Shown piece after piece: positions 1 to 10,380 of a stretch of 64,000 nucleotides of DNA (position 1 is the first letter of the stretch; every line of letters starts with the position of its first letter). This DNA is from Rhodothermales bacterium (GTDB lineage Bacteria; Bacteroidota; Rhodothermia; Rhodothermales; VXPQ01), in contig JBBDTI010000067.1 in NCBI GenBank assembly GCA_040904565.1, forward strand, positions 22,567 to 86,566, written 5' to 3'. Under the pieces are notes generated by a model. The model was not told where the DNA came from. It did no database searches and saw nothing but the letters and a program-made list of their open reading frames with translations. Made by a program: the position numbers and the translations under genes.

Positions 1-1
1 T

Positions 2-124
2 CGGCGCCTGCGATCGGGAGGCGGGCTGGAGGCCTTCTATGCGTGGACGCAGCCCTTCTTCACGGATGAACGGGCCGAGCTGGCGCGTGCTTACGAGGAG
101 GACGGGTATCTGGGAGCGCCGTGA
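2..124 (+). CDS. 3' end of an unidentified gene (partial, runs off window start)
   Basis: Open frame from the window edge to TGA at 122-124 (...LEAFYAWTQPFFTDERAELARAYEEDGYLGAP*). Composition looks coding. No family recognised. Confidence 0.35.
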   Translation, partial: RRLRSGGGLEAFYAWTQPFFTDERAELARAYEEDGYLGAP

Positions 125-295
125 GAAGGTGCCGTGAGAAGCGCGTTATGCCGGCGACGCCTGGACGAGAAGTGCACGTTGTCGTAGCAAGAATTCGTGA
201 AGCCGCACGCACGCCCTTCTCCCTGCCGGAAGGTATCGCGCCGCCCGCCGTAGAACCGAACGGAACGCACCACTCCCTAACGCAAACCTTGAAGC

Positions 296-2563
296 ATGGC
301 GGAAACGACGCTGCAGCACCCGGACGTGAACCTGGAAGCCGGAAAGGAGCACGGGATGACCGAGGAAGAGTACGGATGGATGGTCGAGCGTCTGGGGCGC
401 ACGCCCACGTTCGTAGAACTCGGCATCTATTCGGTGATGTGGAGCGAGCACTGTTCGTACAAGAATTCCATCGCCGTCCTGAAGACGCTGCCTCGTGAAG
501 GGGAGGCGTTGCTCGTCGGTGCGGGAGAGGAAAATGCCGGGCTGGTCGATATCGGTGACGGTCTCGGCGTCGCGTTCAAGATCGAATCCCACAACCATCC
601 ATCCGCCGTCGAACCCTATCAGGGAGCGGCAACCGGCGTCGGCGGCATCCAGCGCGACATTTTCACGATGGGCGCCCGGCCGATCTGTTCGCTGAACTCA
701 CTCCGCTTCGGGGAGCTCGAGAATCCACGCGTACGCTACCTGTTCGACGGCGTCGTCCGTGGGATCGGGGATTACGGTAACTCGTTCGGCGTTCCTACGG
801 TAGCGGGCGAAGTGTACTTCGATCCGTCCTACGAAGGCAACCCGCTCGTCAACGCGATGAGCGTCGGCATCGTAAAGGCCGGCGAGACGGCCTCTGCCAT
901 CGCCGACGGGGTTGGCAATCCCGTGTACATCGTCGGCTCGTCGACGGGCCGCGACGGCATCCACGGCGCTACGTTCGCTTCCGAAGAGATCTCTGAGGAG
1001 AGTGAGGCCAAGCGTCCGAGCGTTCAGGTCGGCGATCCGTTCACGGAGAAGCTGTTGCTCGAGGCCTCCCTCGAAGCGATCGCGACGGGTGCCGTCGTGG
1101 GCATCCAGGATATGGGCGCGGCCGGACTCACGTGCTCGTCGTGCGAGATGAGTGCGAAGGGCGGACGCGGTATGATCATCCATGCCGACAAGGTGCCCAC
1201 CCGCGAGCTCGGGATGACGCCGTATGAAATCATGCTCTCCGAAAGCCAGGAGCGGATGCTTATCGTATGCGAGAAGGGTCGTGAGTCCGAAATCGAAGAC
1301 GTGTTCGAGAAGTGGGACTTGCACGCCGAGCGCATCGGCGTTGTCACGGAAGAGCCGCGCGTGAAAATCTACTGGCACGGTGACGTCGTGGCGGACGTGG
1401 AGGCCGATCACCTCGTGCTGGGCGGCGGCGCCCCCGTGTATTACCGCGAGACGCGTCGTCCGGGATATCTCGATGAGATCGGCCTCGAACTCGATGAGGT
1501 GGACGACGTCCATGCGGATGCTGGCCAACAGCGGCTGCTGGACCTGCTCGGCTCTCCGAATATCGCGTCGAAGCGCTGGGTCTTCGAGCAGTACGATACG
1601 ATGGTGCGGACGAACACCCTCGTCGGACCGGGAGCGAGCGATGCGGCCGTGGTGCGCATCAAGGGTACCGGCAAGGGGTTGGCCGTGAAGACGGATTGCA
1701 ACGGTCGCTACGTGTATCTGGACCCGAGACAGGGTGGACGTATCGCGGTCGCCGAGGCCGCCCGCAACGTCGTGTGCTCGGGAGGCAAACCCGTAGCCAT
1801 CACAAACTGCCTCAATTTCGGAAATCCCTACAAGCCGGAGGTCTACTGGACGTTCAAGGAGGCCGTTGGCGGAATGGGTGATGCGTGCCGGCGGTTCAAC
1901 ACGCCCGTAACCGGCGGGAACGTATCCTTCTACAATGAGAATCCCGACAGTGCGGTGTTTCCGACTCCGACGATAGGCATGCTGGGCATCGTGCGGAACG
2001 TGGAGACCGACGTGACGACGGTGCCGTTCAAGGTCGAGGGCGACGACGTATATCTGCTGTCGCCGGCGGACTGGGTGCACCGCGACGACCTGAACGGGTC
2101 GGAGTACCTCGCCCGCGTTCATGGAATGACCCGCGGCGGGGCACCGCACATGGATCTCGACGAAGAGGTCGCCGTGCAGGAGGCCATGCTGGAACTGATT
2201 CGCCAGAGCCAGGTGCGCAGTGCACACGACGTATCCGACGGTGGACTTGCCGTGGCCCTGGCTGAATGCGTTCTTCATCCACCGAGCCTGGGTGCTTCGA
2301 TCGAGCTCGAATCCGGCGGCGTCCGGCTCGACGCCCTGCTGTTCGGCGAGGCGCAATCGCGTATTGTTTTCAGCGCATCGCCGGAGCGGGCGGAAGAAAT
2401 TCGGCAGACGGTCGACGGGGTCGGCGTACAGTTGACCCGCATCGGGTCGGTGCAGCCGGGCGCGCTCAAGATTGAGGTGGATGGACGTTCGATCGTCGAG
2501 GCGACGCCCGACGAGCTGCGTGATCCGTATGAGTCGTGCATTCCGGACTACATGAACCGCTAA
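296..2563 (+). CDS. purL: Phosphoribosylformylglycinamidine synthase subunit PurL (FGAM synthase II)
   Basis: 755 aa ORF. N-terminus [16 protein letters not shown], followed by [21 protein letters not shown] and paired AIR-synthase-like repeats, all typical of small PurL. Confidence 0.95.
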   Translation: MAETTLQHPDVNLEAGKEHGMTEEEYGWMVERLGRTPTFVELGIYSVMWSEHCSYKNSIAVLKTLPREGEALLVGAGEENAGLVDIGDGLGVAFKIESHNHPSAVEPYQGAATGVGGIQRDIFTMGARPICSLNSLRFGELENPRVRYLFDGVVRGIGDYGNSFGVPTVAGEVYFDPSYEGNPLVNAMSVGIVKAGETASAIADGVGNPVYIVGSSTGRDGIHGATFASEEISEESEAKRPSVQVGDPFTEKLLLEASLEAIATGAVVGIQDMGAAGLTCSSCEMSAKGGRGMIIHADKVPTRELGMTPYEIMLSESQERMLIVCEKGRESEIEDVFEKWDLHAERIGVVTEEPRVKIYWHGDVVADVEADHLVLGGGAPVYYRETRRPGYLDEIGLELDEVDDVHADAGQQRLLDLLGSPNIASKRWVFEQYDTMVRTNTLVGPGASDAAVVRIKGTGKGLAVKTDCNGRYVYLDPRQGGRIAVAEAARNVVCSGGKPVAITNCLNFGNPYKPEVYWTFKEAVGGMGDACRRFNTPVTGGNVSFYNENPDSAVFPTPTIGMLGIVRNVETDVTTVPFKVEGDDVYLLSPADWVHRDDLNGSEYLARVHGMTRGGAPHMDLDEEVAVQEAMLELIRQSQVRSAHDVSDGGLAVALAECVLHPPSLGASIELESGGVRLDALLFGEAQSRIVFSASPERAEEIRQTVDGVGVQLTRIGSVQPGALKIEVDGRSIVEATPDELRDPYESCIPDYMNR

Positions 2564-2749
2564 CGAGACGGCGGGCCGTCGCCCGACCGGGTCGCACCGA
2601 ACGTATCAACTGGACCGATATGCCGCCCTCCTCGAGGTGGCCCGGTCCAGCATTGAAACCAACGTTCACAGCCTCTTGTTGTAACACATCGCGACGCCGC
2701 GGCTACAAAAGGCCGAAACAGGAGAATAAGTTATTATTAGAGGGACGAT

Positions 2750-3091
2750 ATGGCTGATACAAAGCCGCTTACGGTAACGGATAGCACATTCAAGGATGAG
2801 GTCGTCGGATCGGACGTTCCAGTGCTCGTCGATTTCTGGGCCGAATGGTGCGGGCCGTGCCGGATGATCGCGCCGATGGTAGTGGAGCTTGCCGAAGAGT
2901 TCGACGGGCGTGCGAAGATCACGAAAGTCGACGTCGACAGCAACCCAAAGATTGCGATGCAGTTCGGCATTCGCTCTATTCCAACGTTGTTGTTCTTTAA
3001 GGATGGGGAAGTCGTCGATCAGCTGATCGGTGCTTCTTCGAAGAAGGTGCTTTCCGACAAGCTGGAAGCGCTCGTTTCGCAGCCGGCGTAA
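2750..3091 (+). CDS. trxA: Thioredoxin
   Basis: 113 aa with the canonical [14 protein letters not shown] active site (WCGPC) and thioredoxin length. Confidence 0.95.
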   Translation: MADTKPLTVTDSTFKDEVVGSDVPVLVDFWAEWCGPCRMIAPMVVELAEEFDGRAKITKVDVDSNPKIAMQFGIRSIPTLLFFKDGEVVDQLIGASSKKVLSDKLEALVSQPA

Positions 3092-3188
3092 CCTGCTTTT
3101 CTCAAAGAACGGGGGCTGCGTCGCCTCCTGAATGGGAGGACGCGGCTTTGCAGCGAGCACTGGACCATCATTAATCAGGACAGCACCT

Positions 3189-4265
3189 ATGGCTGAAGAG
3201 TTACAGCCGGACTTGTCGGCGTTTGATCGAGTCGACTTCTCCGAAGCGGAAAATAGAACTGTCGTGATCATAGGAACGGGCCCGGCCGGGCTTACGGCCG
3301 CGCTCTATTCGGCGCGAGCCAATCTCGAGCCCGTAGTCTTTCAGGGGCCGGAGCCGGGCGGACAACTGATGACGACGACCGACGTAGAGAATTATCCCGG
3401 ATTTCCGGACGGCATTCTGGGTCCCGAGATGATGCAGCTCTTCGAGGCGCAATCCTCGCGATTCGGTGCGGATCTGCGTTACGGCACCGTGACGGCCGTC
3501 GATCTTTCCCGGCGTCCCTATCGCCTTCTGGTCGACGACGAGAAGGCGATCTGGGCGCAGACCATCATTATTTCCACCGGAGCGTCGGCGAAGTATCTCG
3601 GCCTCGATAATGAAAAACGATTGCTGGGACGCGGCGTCTCGGCCTGCGCGACGTGCGACGGCGCCTTCTTTCGAGACGTCGACGTGGCTGTGGCCGGCGG
3701 TGGCGACACGGCCATGGAAGAAGCGCTGTTCTTGACGCGGTTCGCCTCTAAGGTTTTCGTCATCCATCGCCGCGACGAGCTGCGTGCGTCGAAGATCATG
3801 CAGGAGCGTGCGATGGACAACGACAAGATCGAGTTCATCTGGAACACGGTCGTTACCGATGTCCTGGGCGACAACCAGGTAGCGGGCCTTAGACTAAAGA
3901 ACACGGAAGACGACACCGAGTCGGAGCTGCCCGTGGAAGGCTTTTTCGTGGCGATCGGGCACAAGCCGAACACCGACATCTTCGAAGGGTGGCTCGACAT
4001 GGACGACAAGGGCTACATCCTGACGAAGCCTGACTCGACGCATACGAACGTCCCCGGCGTGTTTGCCAGTGGTGATGCGCAGGATCACGTGTATCGCCAG
4101 GCGGTTACGGCAGCCGGAACCGGCTGTATGGCGGCGATCGATGCCGAACGCTGGCTGGCGGAGCACAGCGTGATAGAAGTCCCGCGGACGGCGACGGAAT
4201 ATCATGCTGCGGCCGCTGTTGAGAGCGAAGAACAGGAAGGCCTGGTGGAGAAGGGTGCCGAATAG
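3189..4265 (+). CDS. trxB: Thioredoxin-disulfide reductase
   Basis: GTGPAG FAD-binding motif, redox-active CATCDG, second GGGDTAMEEA NADPH motif and C-terminal GDAQD. ATG at 3189 is preferred over the ORF-track start at 3132. Confidence 0.92.
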   Translation: MAEELQPDLSAFDRVDFSEAENRTVVIIGTGPAGLTAALYSARANLEPVVFQGPEPGGQLMTTTDVENYPGFPDGILGPEMMQLFEAQSSRFGADLRYGTVTAVDLSRRPYRLLVDDEKAIWAQTIIISTGASAKYLGLDNEKRLLGRGVSACATCDGAFFRDVDVAVAGGGDTAMEEALFLTRFASKVFVIHRRDELRASKIMQERAMDNDKIEFIWNTVVTDVLGDNQVAGLRLKNTEDDTESELPVEGFFVAIGHKPNTDIFEGWLDMDDKGYILTKPDSTHTNVPGVFASGDAQDHVYRQAVTAAGTGCMAAIDAERWLAEHSVIEVPRTATEYHAAAAVESEEQEGLVEKGAE

Positions 4266-4689
4266 TCGCCCCGCGCTATGGCTTGGGCCGGCGAGCGGGT
4301 TCCTGCTCGCATTGATACTGGTCGGTTCAGGATGTTCTACGCAGGAGCCTTCTGTCGCGGCGGAAGCCGCTACCGATTCGATACAGGCGGCCCCGGCTCC
4401 GACCGCACCCACGGAACGTCGCCTCGAATCCGGGGACCAGACGGTGAGCCAGCGCCTTCGGGACGCCTCGTTGGCTGCGGAGATACAGCTGGCGCTTATG
4501 GATGAACGGGCGCTTCGAGCCTTTCGCTTCGACCCGGTCGTGGTAGACGGACAGGTCCTGTTGCAGGGCAACGTGGAAACGCTGGATCAGCGCGAGCGCG
4601 CGGCATCCGTGGCGGCCTCGGTGCCCGGCGTGCAGGACGTCATCAACGAGGTCACGTCGACGGAGTCGCCGGTGGCAGCGACGCCGTAA
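4255..4689 (+). CDS. BON-domain lipoprotein
   Basis: Lipobox LILVGSGC, then a BON-like segment (DASLAAEIQLAL...VVVDGQVLLQGNVETLDQRERAASVAASVPGVQDVINEV). Start is uncertain: GTG 4255 overlaps the trxB stop by 11 nt; the alternative is ATG 4204. Confidence 0.7.
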   Translation: MPNSRPALWLGPASGFLLALILVGSGCSTQEPSVAAEAATDSIQAAPAPTAPTERRLESGDQTVSQRLRDASLAAEIQLALMDERALRAFRFDPVVVDGQVLLQGNVETLDQRERAASVAASVPGVQDVINEVTSTESPVAATP

Positions 4690-4773
4690 GGTGCCGGCGC
4701 GACACGAGCCCGAAGGGCGACGGACGAGCGCAGCGAGTAAGTGCAACGCGGACCGCGAAATTTATCAACGGTC

Positions 4774-5676
4774 CTAGCTCTTGAACAGGTGGCGCAGTAC
4801 GAACCAGACGTTTTCTTTCCGCTCTCGTAGTCTGCGGCTGAAGTACGGCATCCATTCCGTCCCATACGGTAGATAAACCCGCATGCGGTAGCCGTCCTGC
4901 GCGATCTGTTTCTGGGTCTCGGGACGGATGCCGTACAGCATCTGGTATTCGAAGCGGTCGCGGTCGATGCTTTGTGCCTCCACGAACGCCCGGGTCGCGC
5001 TCAGCAGCAGGTCGTCGTGCGTGGCGATGCCGGGATATCGGGCCTGCTCGATCAAGCGCTGGGCGTAGACCAGAAACCGTTCGCGAATGACGTCCATGTT
5101 CTGATAGGCGATCTCCGCCGGCTCGTTGTAGGCCCCCTTGCAGATGCGGACGCGTGCATTCAGTTCGCACATCCGTTCGACGTCCCGCTCCGTCCGCTTC
5201 AGATAGGCCTGGAGTACGACGCCGACGTGATTCGGATAGTGTGGGTAGACCGTTTCGAAGAGGTTGAGCGTAGACGCCGTGGTATCGCTGCCTTCCATGT
5301 CGAGGCGGATGAAGACGTCCCGGTCGGCGGCGACGTCGAGGAGGTGCCGCAGGTTATCGAGACAGAATGCCTCGTCGATCTTCTGGCCGATCATCGACAG
5401 CTTGATCGATATGTTGGCGTCCAGGCCGCGTTCGTCGCGTTCCCGTGCGAGCGTGTGCACGAGGTCGATGTAGGCGTCTCGCGCACGGAGCGCTACCTCC
5501 CGGTCACGGACGTATTCCCCGAGGAGATCGAGCGCCACGTGCATGCCGTCGGCATTGAGGTCTCGAACCACGTCCAGAGCCTCCTCGAGCGTTTCTCCCG
5601 CGACGAACCGACGGGCGAGGAAGAAGAGAAGGCGCATGGAACGATTAATCTGGGAGAGGAGAAACGGAATGGACAC
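4774..5676 (-). CDS. Proline dehydrogenase (stand-alone ProDH)
   Basis: 300 aa. FVAGETLEEAL...DLLGE... and the TIM-barrel ProDH pattern down to the C-terminal YLPYG...Y..RRL.E. GTG start. Confidence 0.87.
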   Translation of the reverse strand: MSIPFLLSQINRSMRLLFFLARRFVAGETLEEALDVVRDLNADGMHVALDLLGEYVRDREVALRARDAYIDLVHTLARERDERGLDANISIKLSMIGQKIDEAFCLDNLRHLLDVAADRDVFIRLDMEGSDTTASTLNLFETVYPHYPNHVGVVLQAYLKRTERDVERMCELNARVRICKGAYNEPAEIAYQNMDVIRERFLVYAQRLIEQARYPGIATHDDLLLSATRAFVEAQSIDRDRFEYQMLYGIRPETQKQIAQDGYRMRVYLPYGTEWMPYFSRRLRERKENVWFVLRHLFKS

Positions 5677-5723
5677 CGTGTTCCTGGAGCGCGGCGAACG
5701 TACGTGGAGGGACCGCGACAGCG

Positions 5724-6869
5724 CTAACCGGAGAGGGCACGGTCGAGATCCTCGATCAGATCGTCCACATGTTCGAGTCCGACCGAGAGCCGAACGAGAT
5801 TGTCCGGCGTCGCCGTCGGTTGTTCTTCGATCGACGCACGGTGCTCGATCAGGCTCTCCGTTCCACCGAGGCTCGTGGCCCGCGCGAATACGTGGGTCCG
5901 CCCGACTACAGCCAGCGTATCCTCGGCCGTGCCGTCGACCTGAAACGAAAGCATCCCGCCAAAATCATCCATCTGCCGTGCTGCGACGTCGTGGCCGGGA
6001 TGGGACGGATGGCCGGCATAGTGCACGTGCGTTACGCGGGGATGCTCGTAGAGGAAATCGGCGACGGACCGGGCGTTTCTAGCATGGAGCGCCATACGTG
6101 CTCCCAGGGACCGCATGCCCCGCATCGCGAGCCAGGCACTGAACGGATCGAGCACGGCTCCTGCCGATCGCTGTTCGGCACGCACGCGGGTCCACCAGTC
6201 GTCATCGTACTTTGTCACGACCACCCCGCCCAGGACGTCCGAATGTCCCGACAGGTACTTCGTGACGGAGTGCATGACGTAATCCGCACCCAGCTCCAGC
6301 GGTCGCTGCAGGAGGGGCGTCGCCCACGTAGAATCCACGATGAGGCGGCTGTTCGCGTCGTGGACCACGTTCGCCACGGCACGAAGATCCGTAATCTTGG
6401 AGAGCGGATTCGACGGCGTTTCCGCCCACACGATGCGTGTTTCAGGGAGGAGTGCGTGCTCCAGTGCGTCAAGATCGGTCATGTCGACCGTGGTTACGTG
6501 CAGTCCCCAGGGCTCGAAGGAATCTCTCAGCAGACGCCGCACGCCGTAATAGACGTCGTCGGGTATGATGACGTGATCTCCGGGACGAAGGGACTGAAAT
6601 ACGGCGGCTGTAGCCGCCATGCCGGATGCAAAGGCGGAAGCGTCGACGCCTCCCTCAAGGAGCGTCATGGCGTCCTCGAACCGCCTCCTCGTAGGGTTGG
6701 CATTGCGCGTGTATACGTAACCCCCGGGATAGGACCCGTCGGCTGCCCGTTCGTAGGTGGTCGAGAGATGCACGGGGGAAACCAGGTCGCGTGCCGGAGG
6801 CTGCGGGTCGCATCCGACCTGTGCGAGGATCGTTTCGATGCGGGACATGTCGTGCAGGTGTGCATCCAT
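5724..6869 (-). CDS. Cys/Met-metabolism PLP enzyme (cystathionine gamma-synthase / beta-lyase family)
   Basis: 381 aa. PLP-lysine motif SVTKYLSGHSD plus family-typical YTR..NPT and ESLGG-like (TSLGGTESL) segments. Confidence 0.88.
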   Translation of the reverse strand: MDAHLHDMSRIETILAQVGCDPQPPARDLVSPVHLSTTYERAADGSYPGGYVYTRNANPTRRRFEDAMTLLEGGVDASAFASGMAATAAVFQSLRPGDHVIIPDDVYYGVRRLLRDSFEPWGLHVTTVDMTDLDALEHALLPETRIVWAETPSNPLSKITDLRAVANVVHDANSRLIVDSTWATPLLQRPLELGADYVMHSVTKYLSGHSDVLGGVVVTKYDDDWWTRVRAEQRSAGAVLDPFSAWLAMRGMRSLGARMALHARNARSVADFLYEHPRVTHVHYAGHPSHPGHDVAARQMDDFGGMLSFQVDGTAEDTLAVVGRTHVFARATSLGGTESLIEHRASIEEQPTATPDNLVRLSVGLEHVDDLIEDLDRALSG

Positions 6870-7034
6870 GGAACGTGTGCGCTAGGTTAGTCGTGGTTGT
6901 ACCGCTCGAAGCACGTATCGAGTGTGCCCGGAAGCCTGTTGAACTTCACGGCCTTTGTGGTCGGGACCTTTCTTTCTGAGCTATGTACTGAGAGTAGCGA
7001 ACGACGAGCAATCAAGAGGTAGAGATTCTACAAA

Positions 7035-7673
7035 ATGGATATCAGTGCACTGCGACGCGAGTACCGGGACGCAAACCTCGACGAGGAAGACGTCGAGGCG
7101 CACCCGGTCGATCAGTTTAAGATATGGTTTGATGAGGCGCTCGACGCGGAGAGCCGAGATCCGAGCGGCATGACGCTCTCGACCTCCGACGCGGCGGGGC
7201 GACCGTCAGCCCGAATCGTACTGCTGAAGAAGTTCGACCGTGACGGGTTCGTCTTCTTTACGAACTACGAGAGCCGAAAGGCACGTGATCTCGAGGAAAA
7301 TCCATGGGCCGCGCTCACGTTCTGGTGGAACGAGATCGATCGGCAGGTGCGGGTCGAGGGACGCGTTCGACGCACGCCGAGGGCGGTTTCGGTAGAATAC
7401 TTTGTCGGACGACCTCGTGACAGCCAGATCGGCGCCGTGGCCTCGGCGCAGAGCAGCCGCCTCGCCGATCGCGATGCGTTGATCGACAGGGTCGACGTCG
7501 TGAGAGAGCGGTTTGCCGATCGTGACGTTCCCTGTCCGAAGAACTGGGGCGGATACCTGCTCGAGCCGAATGCGTTCGAATTCTGGCAGGGGCGGCAGAG
7601 TCGGCTGCACGACCGTATCGCCTACCGGATGGATGAGCGCGGTGGCTGGAAGATCGAGCGACTCGCGCCTTAA
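7035..7673 (+). CDS. pdxH: Pyridoxamine 5'-phosphate oxidase
   Basis: 212 aa. LRREY...P..QF..W..EA, RIVLLK, FFTNY.S.K and the C-terminal WGGY...P..FEFWQGR.SRLHDR signature. Confidence 0.93.
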   Translation: MDISALRREYRDANLDEEDVEAHPVDQFKIWFDEALDAESRDPSGMTLSTSDAAGRPSARIVLLKKFDRDGFVFFTNYESRKARDLEENPWAALTFWWNEIDRQVRVEGRVRRTPRAVSVEYFVGRPRDSQIGAVASAQSSRLADRDALIDRVDVVRERFADRDVPCPKNWGGYLLEPNAFEFWQGRQSRLHDRIAYRMDERGGWKIERLAP

Positions 7674-7689
7674 AGCGCCGGTTAGCGGG

Positions 7690-8154
7690 TTATCGGAACG
7701 CGCGGTCCGTGTATTCGTGGAGGGCGGCGCGATTCACGATGCGAAGAGAGGGCGTACTCAATCTCCCGGACGCCGTTCTTCGAAACGTGGCCCGCAGGAA
7801 CAGCTCTTTGTTCGACGGCGCGGCGCCGGCGAAGCTGAACCCGCCCCAGTGGAAGATCCAGAAGGCCGAGTCCGGTTCGACGCGCAGCGTTCGTGCGACG
7901 AGCTCCACGAGGAGGGGCGCGTCGTCCAGCGTCGAACGTCCCGGATTCGCCGACAGCTCGTCGAGCACGACCGTGAGCGGACGCTGAACGCTCTCGGCCG
8001 AACGGTAGAGGCGTACGCGGCACTCGGACATCGACGTGTAGCCGCGCCAGGTGAACGTCGTATCGACCAGCATCTGAGCTGACGCCGTGGCGGCAGTCCC
8101 TGCGCCAACCAGCGAGAGGAAGACTAGGACGGATATGCTAAGGCGGGTGTGCAT
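7690..8154 (-). CDS. Hypothetical secreted protein
   Basis: 154 aa ORF with a clear signal peptide (MHTRLSISVLVFLSLVGAGTAATASAQ). No family recognised. Confidence 0.55.
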   Translation of the reverse strand: MHTRLSISVLVFLSLVGAGTAATASAQMLVDTTFTWRGYTSMSECRVRLYRSAESVQRPLTVVLDELSANPGRSTLDDAPLLVELVARTLRVEPDSAFWIFHWGGFSFAGAAPSNKELFLRATFRRTASGRLSTPSLRIVNRAALHEYTDRAFR

Positions 8155-8213
8155 GCTCCACTAGACCCACCGGCACGGCAGATGTAACCTCTGCGCGTAC
8201 CGATCGATGCGCG

Positions 8214-9368
8214 TCAGGCCACCGCCACCATCCGCATCTCCTCGAGAAACTTGACCGTACCGCTCGGCGGGCGGTAGACCTCGATGTGCTGCGAAAGGTT
8301 TTGCGAGTGGATGAATGCCTGAATCTTGCGGATATACGTGTCGTTGAGCATCGTGCCTGCGCGCAGGAGTTTGGCCTGATATTCGACGGACTGCACGTCG
8401 CGGGCGAGGACGTCCATGTTCTGGAGCCGACTGATGACCGGATTTTCCAGCCTGATGGACTCCATGGTGAGGGTCATGAGGAGGTGCAGATTCTCTTTCA
8501 GCCGAAGGCCGATTAGTTTCTGGTCGGCGTGCGCGCTGGCGAGCTCGCTCGGTTTTGGGATGGTGCCGAACGGCATCGCGATGGGTTCCAGAGGCAGGTG
8601 GAGCTGGGCCGTGCCTCGTGCCTGCGCGGCCGATCGAAGGACGTCTTCGGTCAGCCCCATAACGTCTTTCAACGTCCGGAGGAGTCTGGTCTGAGAGAAC
8701 TCGACTTGCCGGTGCACGGACTGCAGGAGCCGGTTCCCGTTTTCATCGTCAAGGTCGATGCGTACGTTCAGCCATTTCCCGGTCCCGGCCTGGAGGATGA
8801 GTATGGGTGCCCAGGCGCTGTAAACAGGATTCTCGCCCGTCTGTCGGGGATCGACTTCTTCGACGGGCTCCAGGTCCATCTGGCTGAACACGTTGCTGAG
8901 GACCGTAGGGTCCGTGAGCTCTTCGAGCAGCACATCGATCGTACGCCCCGGCTTCTTCCTGGCGGACTCCACCACGTCGGACTTGTGGGTGTCGCCGGCG
9001 AGCACGTGTTTGATGACGCGCAGGCGCGCCTCCATCTCCTGCATGCTCGTCGGCTTGATGATAAAGTCGTCCGCTCCGGCGTCGAGCACCCACGCCGCGT
9101 CGATGCGTCGATTCTCCGGCACGAGTGCCACGAGATAGACGTCGGGCTTGGCGTCGCGCATGGCGCGACAGACCTGCTCGAAATCGACCAGCAGCGTGTC
9201 GAGCGACAGCAACGCCAGCTCGGGCGACTCCGGCTGGTAGAGGAGGCACGCGGCAGCGAGCTCGTCGCGCAGCTCGTCTACCGTAAAACCGAGCCGCTCG
9301 AGGATGCGTCGCAGCGTCACCCTCGTCACGACATTCGATTCGGCGACGAGCGCGCGCATGGTCGGCAT
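8214..9368 (-). CDS. Receiver (REC) domain protein with an uncharacterised ~250 aa C-terminal region
   Basis: N-terminal CheY-like fold (RALVAESN...LALLSLD...ADDFIIKP). C-terminal part not recognised. Its longest ORF (TTG 9389) overlaps the upstream gene's stop at 9386 by 4 nt. ATG 9368 or 9359 is the more likely start. Confidence 0.75.
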   Translation of the reverse strand: MPTMRALVAESNVVTRVTLRRILERLGFTVDELRDELAAACLLYQPESPELALLSLDTLLVDFEQVCRAMRDAKPDVYLVALVPENRRIDAAWVLDAGADDFIIKPTSMQEMEARLRVIKHVLAGDTHKSDVVESARKKPGRTIDVLLEELTDPTVLSNVFSQMDLEPVEEVDPRQTGENPVYSAWAPILILQAGTGKWLNVRIDLDDENGNRLLQSVHRQVEFSQTRLLRTLKDVMGLTEDVLRSAAQARGTAQLHLPLEPIAMPFGTIPKPSELASAHADQKLIGLRLKENLHLLMTLTMESIRLENPVISRLQNMDVLARDVQSVEYQAKLLRAGTMLNDTYIRKIQAFIHSQNLSQHIEVYRPPSGTVKFLEEMRMVAVA

Positions 9369-9385
9369 ATGTTCTCCGGAAGCGC

Positions 9386-10243
9386 TCAAGGTATTATCGC
9401 TATTTCAGCCAGTACGGGGAGATGATCGGAGGGAAACCGATCACCCCATGTATCGGACAGAACGGCGTGCTTCATAACCTTCATTCCGTTATTCACAAAG
9501 ATGAAGTCGATGCGCCGGTCCGGCTCGACGGCCTCGAACCCGCTCCACGTCGACGTGGGGCCGTGATGCGGCGTGCGGGACGCCGCAAGGGCGTCGGCCA
9601 AACCACCCGTGAGAATCCTGTACGGCTCTCCTGACTCGACGGTGTTGAAATCACCGGTGAGCACGACCGGAAGGTCGTCGGCCAGCATCTCGATGCGCTC
9701 GAGGATCAGCTCGGCGCTTCGGGCGCGCGCCTCCTCGCCGCGGTGGTCGAAATGGGTATTGACGGCGAGAAAGCGTTCGTTGGTTTCGCGATCGCGAAAC
9801 TCCGCCCACGTGGCGATCCGCTCGATCGCCGCATCCCAGGATTTGCTGCCGGGCACCTCGGGTGTCTCGGAGAGCCAGAACGTATCGTGCCGGAGCGCCT
9901 CCAGGCGATCGGTTCGGTAGAAGATGGGGGAGAATTCGCCGGCCTCTTCACCGTCCGCGCGACCGACACCGAGCCAGTTGTATTCGGGCAGGAGCGCTTG
10001 GAGATCGTCGATTTGCCCCTTGAGAGCTTCCTGGAGTCCGGCTACATCCGCGCCGTGGAATCGAATCATGCTGGCGACCATCTCCTTGCGCTTAGGCCAG
10101 GCATCCGGCCCGTCGTCCGGGTTGTCGAAGCGAATATTGAACGTCATCGCGCGCAGCGGCTCGGCGTCCTCGATGTTGCGTGAGGATACGCATCCTGCCA
10201 GCAGGGTGATGCTCAGCAGCAAGAGCAGATGGGAATGGCCCAT
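9386..10243 (-). CDS. Endonuclease/exonuclease/phosphatase (EEP) family lipoprotein
   Basis: Lipobox LLAGC. EEP motifs: TFNIRFDN, GLQE, NTHFDH, GDFN and C-terminal SDHLPV. Confidence 0.86.
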   Translation of the reverse strand: MGHSHLLLLLSITLLAGCVSSRNIEDAEPLRAMTFNIRFDNPDDGPDAWPKRKEMVASMIRFHGADVAGLQEALKGQIDDLQALLPEYNWLGVGRADGEEAGEFSPIFYRTDRLEALRHDTFWLSETPEVPGSKSWDAAIERIATWAEFRDRETNERFLAVNTHFDHRGEEARARSAELILERIEMLADDLPVVLTGDFNTVESGEPYRILTGGLADALAASRTPHHGPTSTWSGFEAVEPDRRIDFIFVNNGMKVMKHAVLSDTWGDRFPSDHLPVLAEIAIIP

Positions 10244-10321
10244 ATCAATTCTCCTTCAGGTTAAGTTACATCCGATCGCTTCCGGTGTCTGCGGCCATTT
10301 TCGGCGTTCCAGCAAGAGGCC

Positions 10322-10380
10322 GCAGGTGAAACACGCTGCAGCAGGGTGAAGCAAGGTGTAGCAGGGTGCAGCAGCGTTCA
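10322..10380. repeat. About six tandem copies of a 10-nt unit (GCAGGGTGNA-like) in a divergent intergenic region
   Basis: Read directly: cGCAGGTGAA ACACGCTGCA GCAGGGTGAA GCAAGGTGTA GCAGGGTGCA GCAGCGTTCA, with an exact 10-nt register. Confidence 0.8.

Noticed and set aside
698-2356. 552-aa minus-strand ORF
   Set aside because: It is antisense to purL, so it is a shadow ORF.
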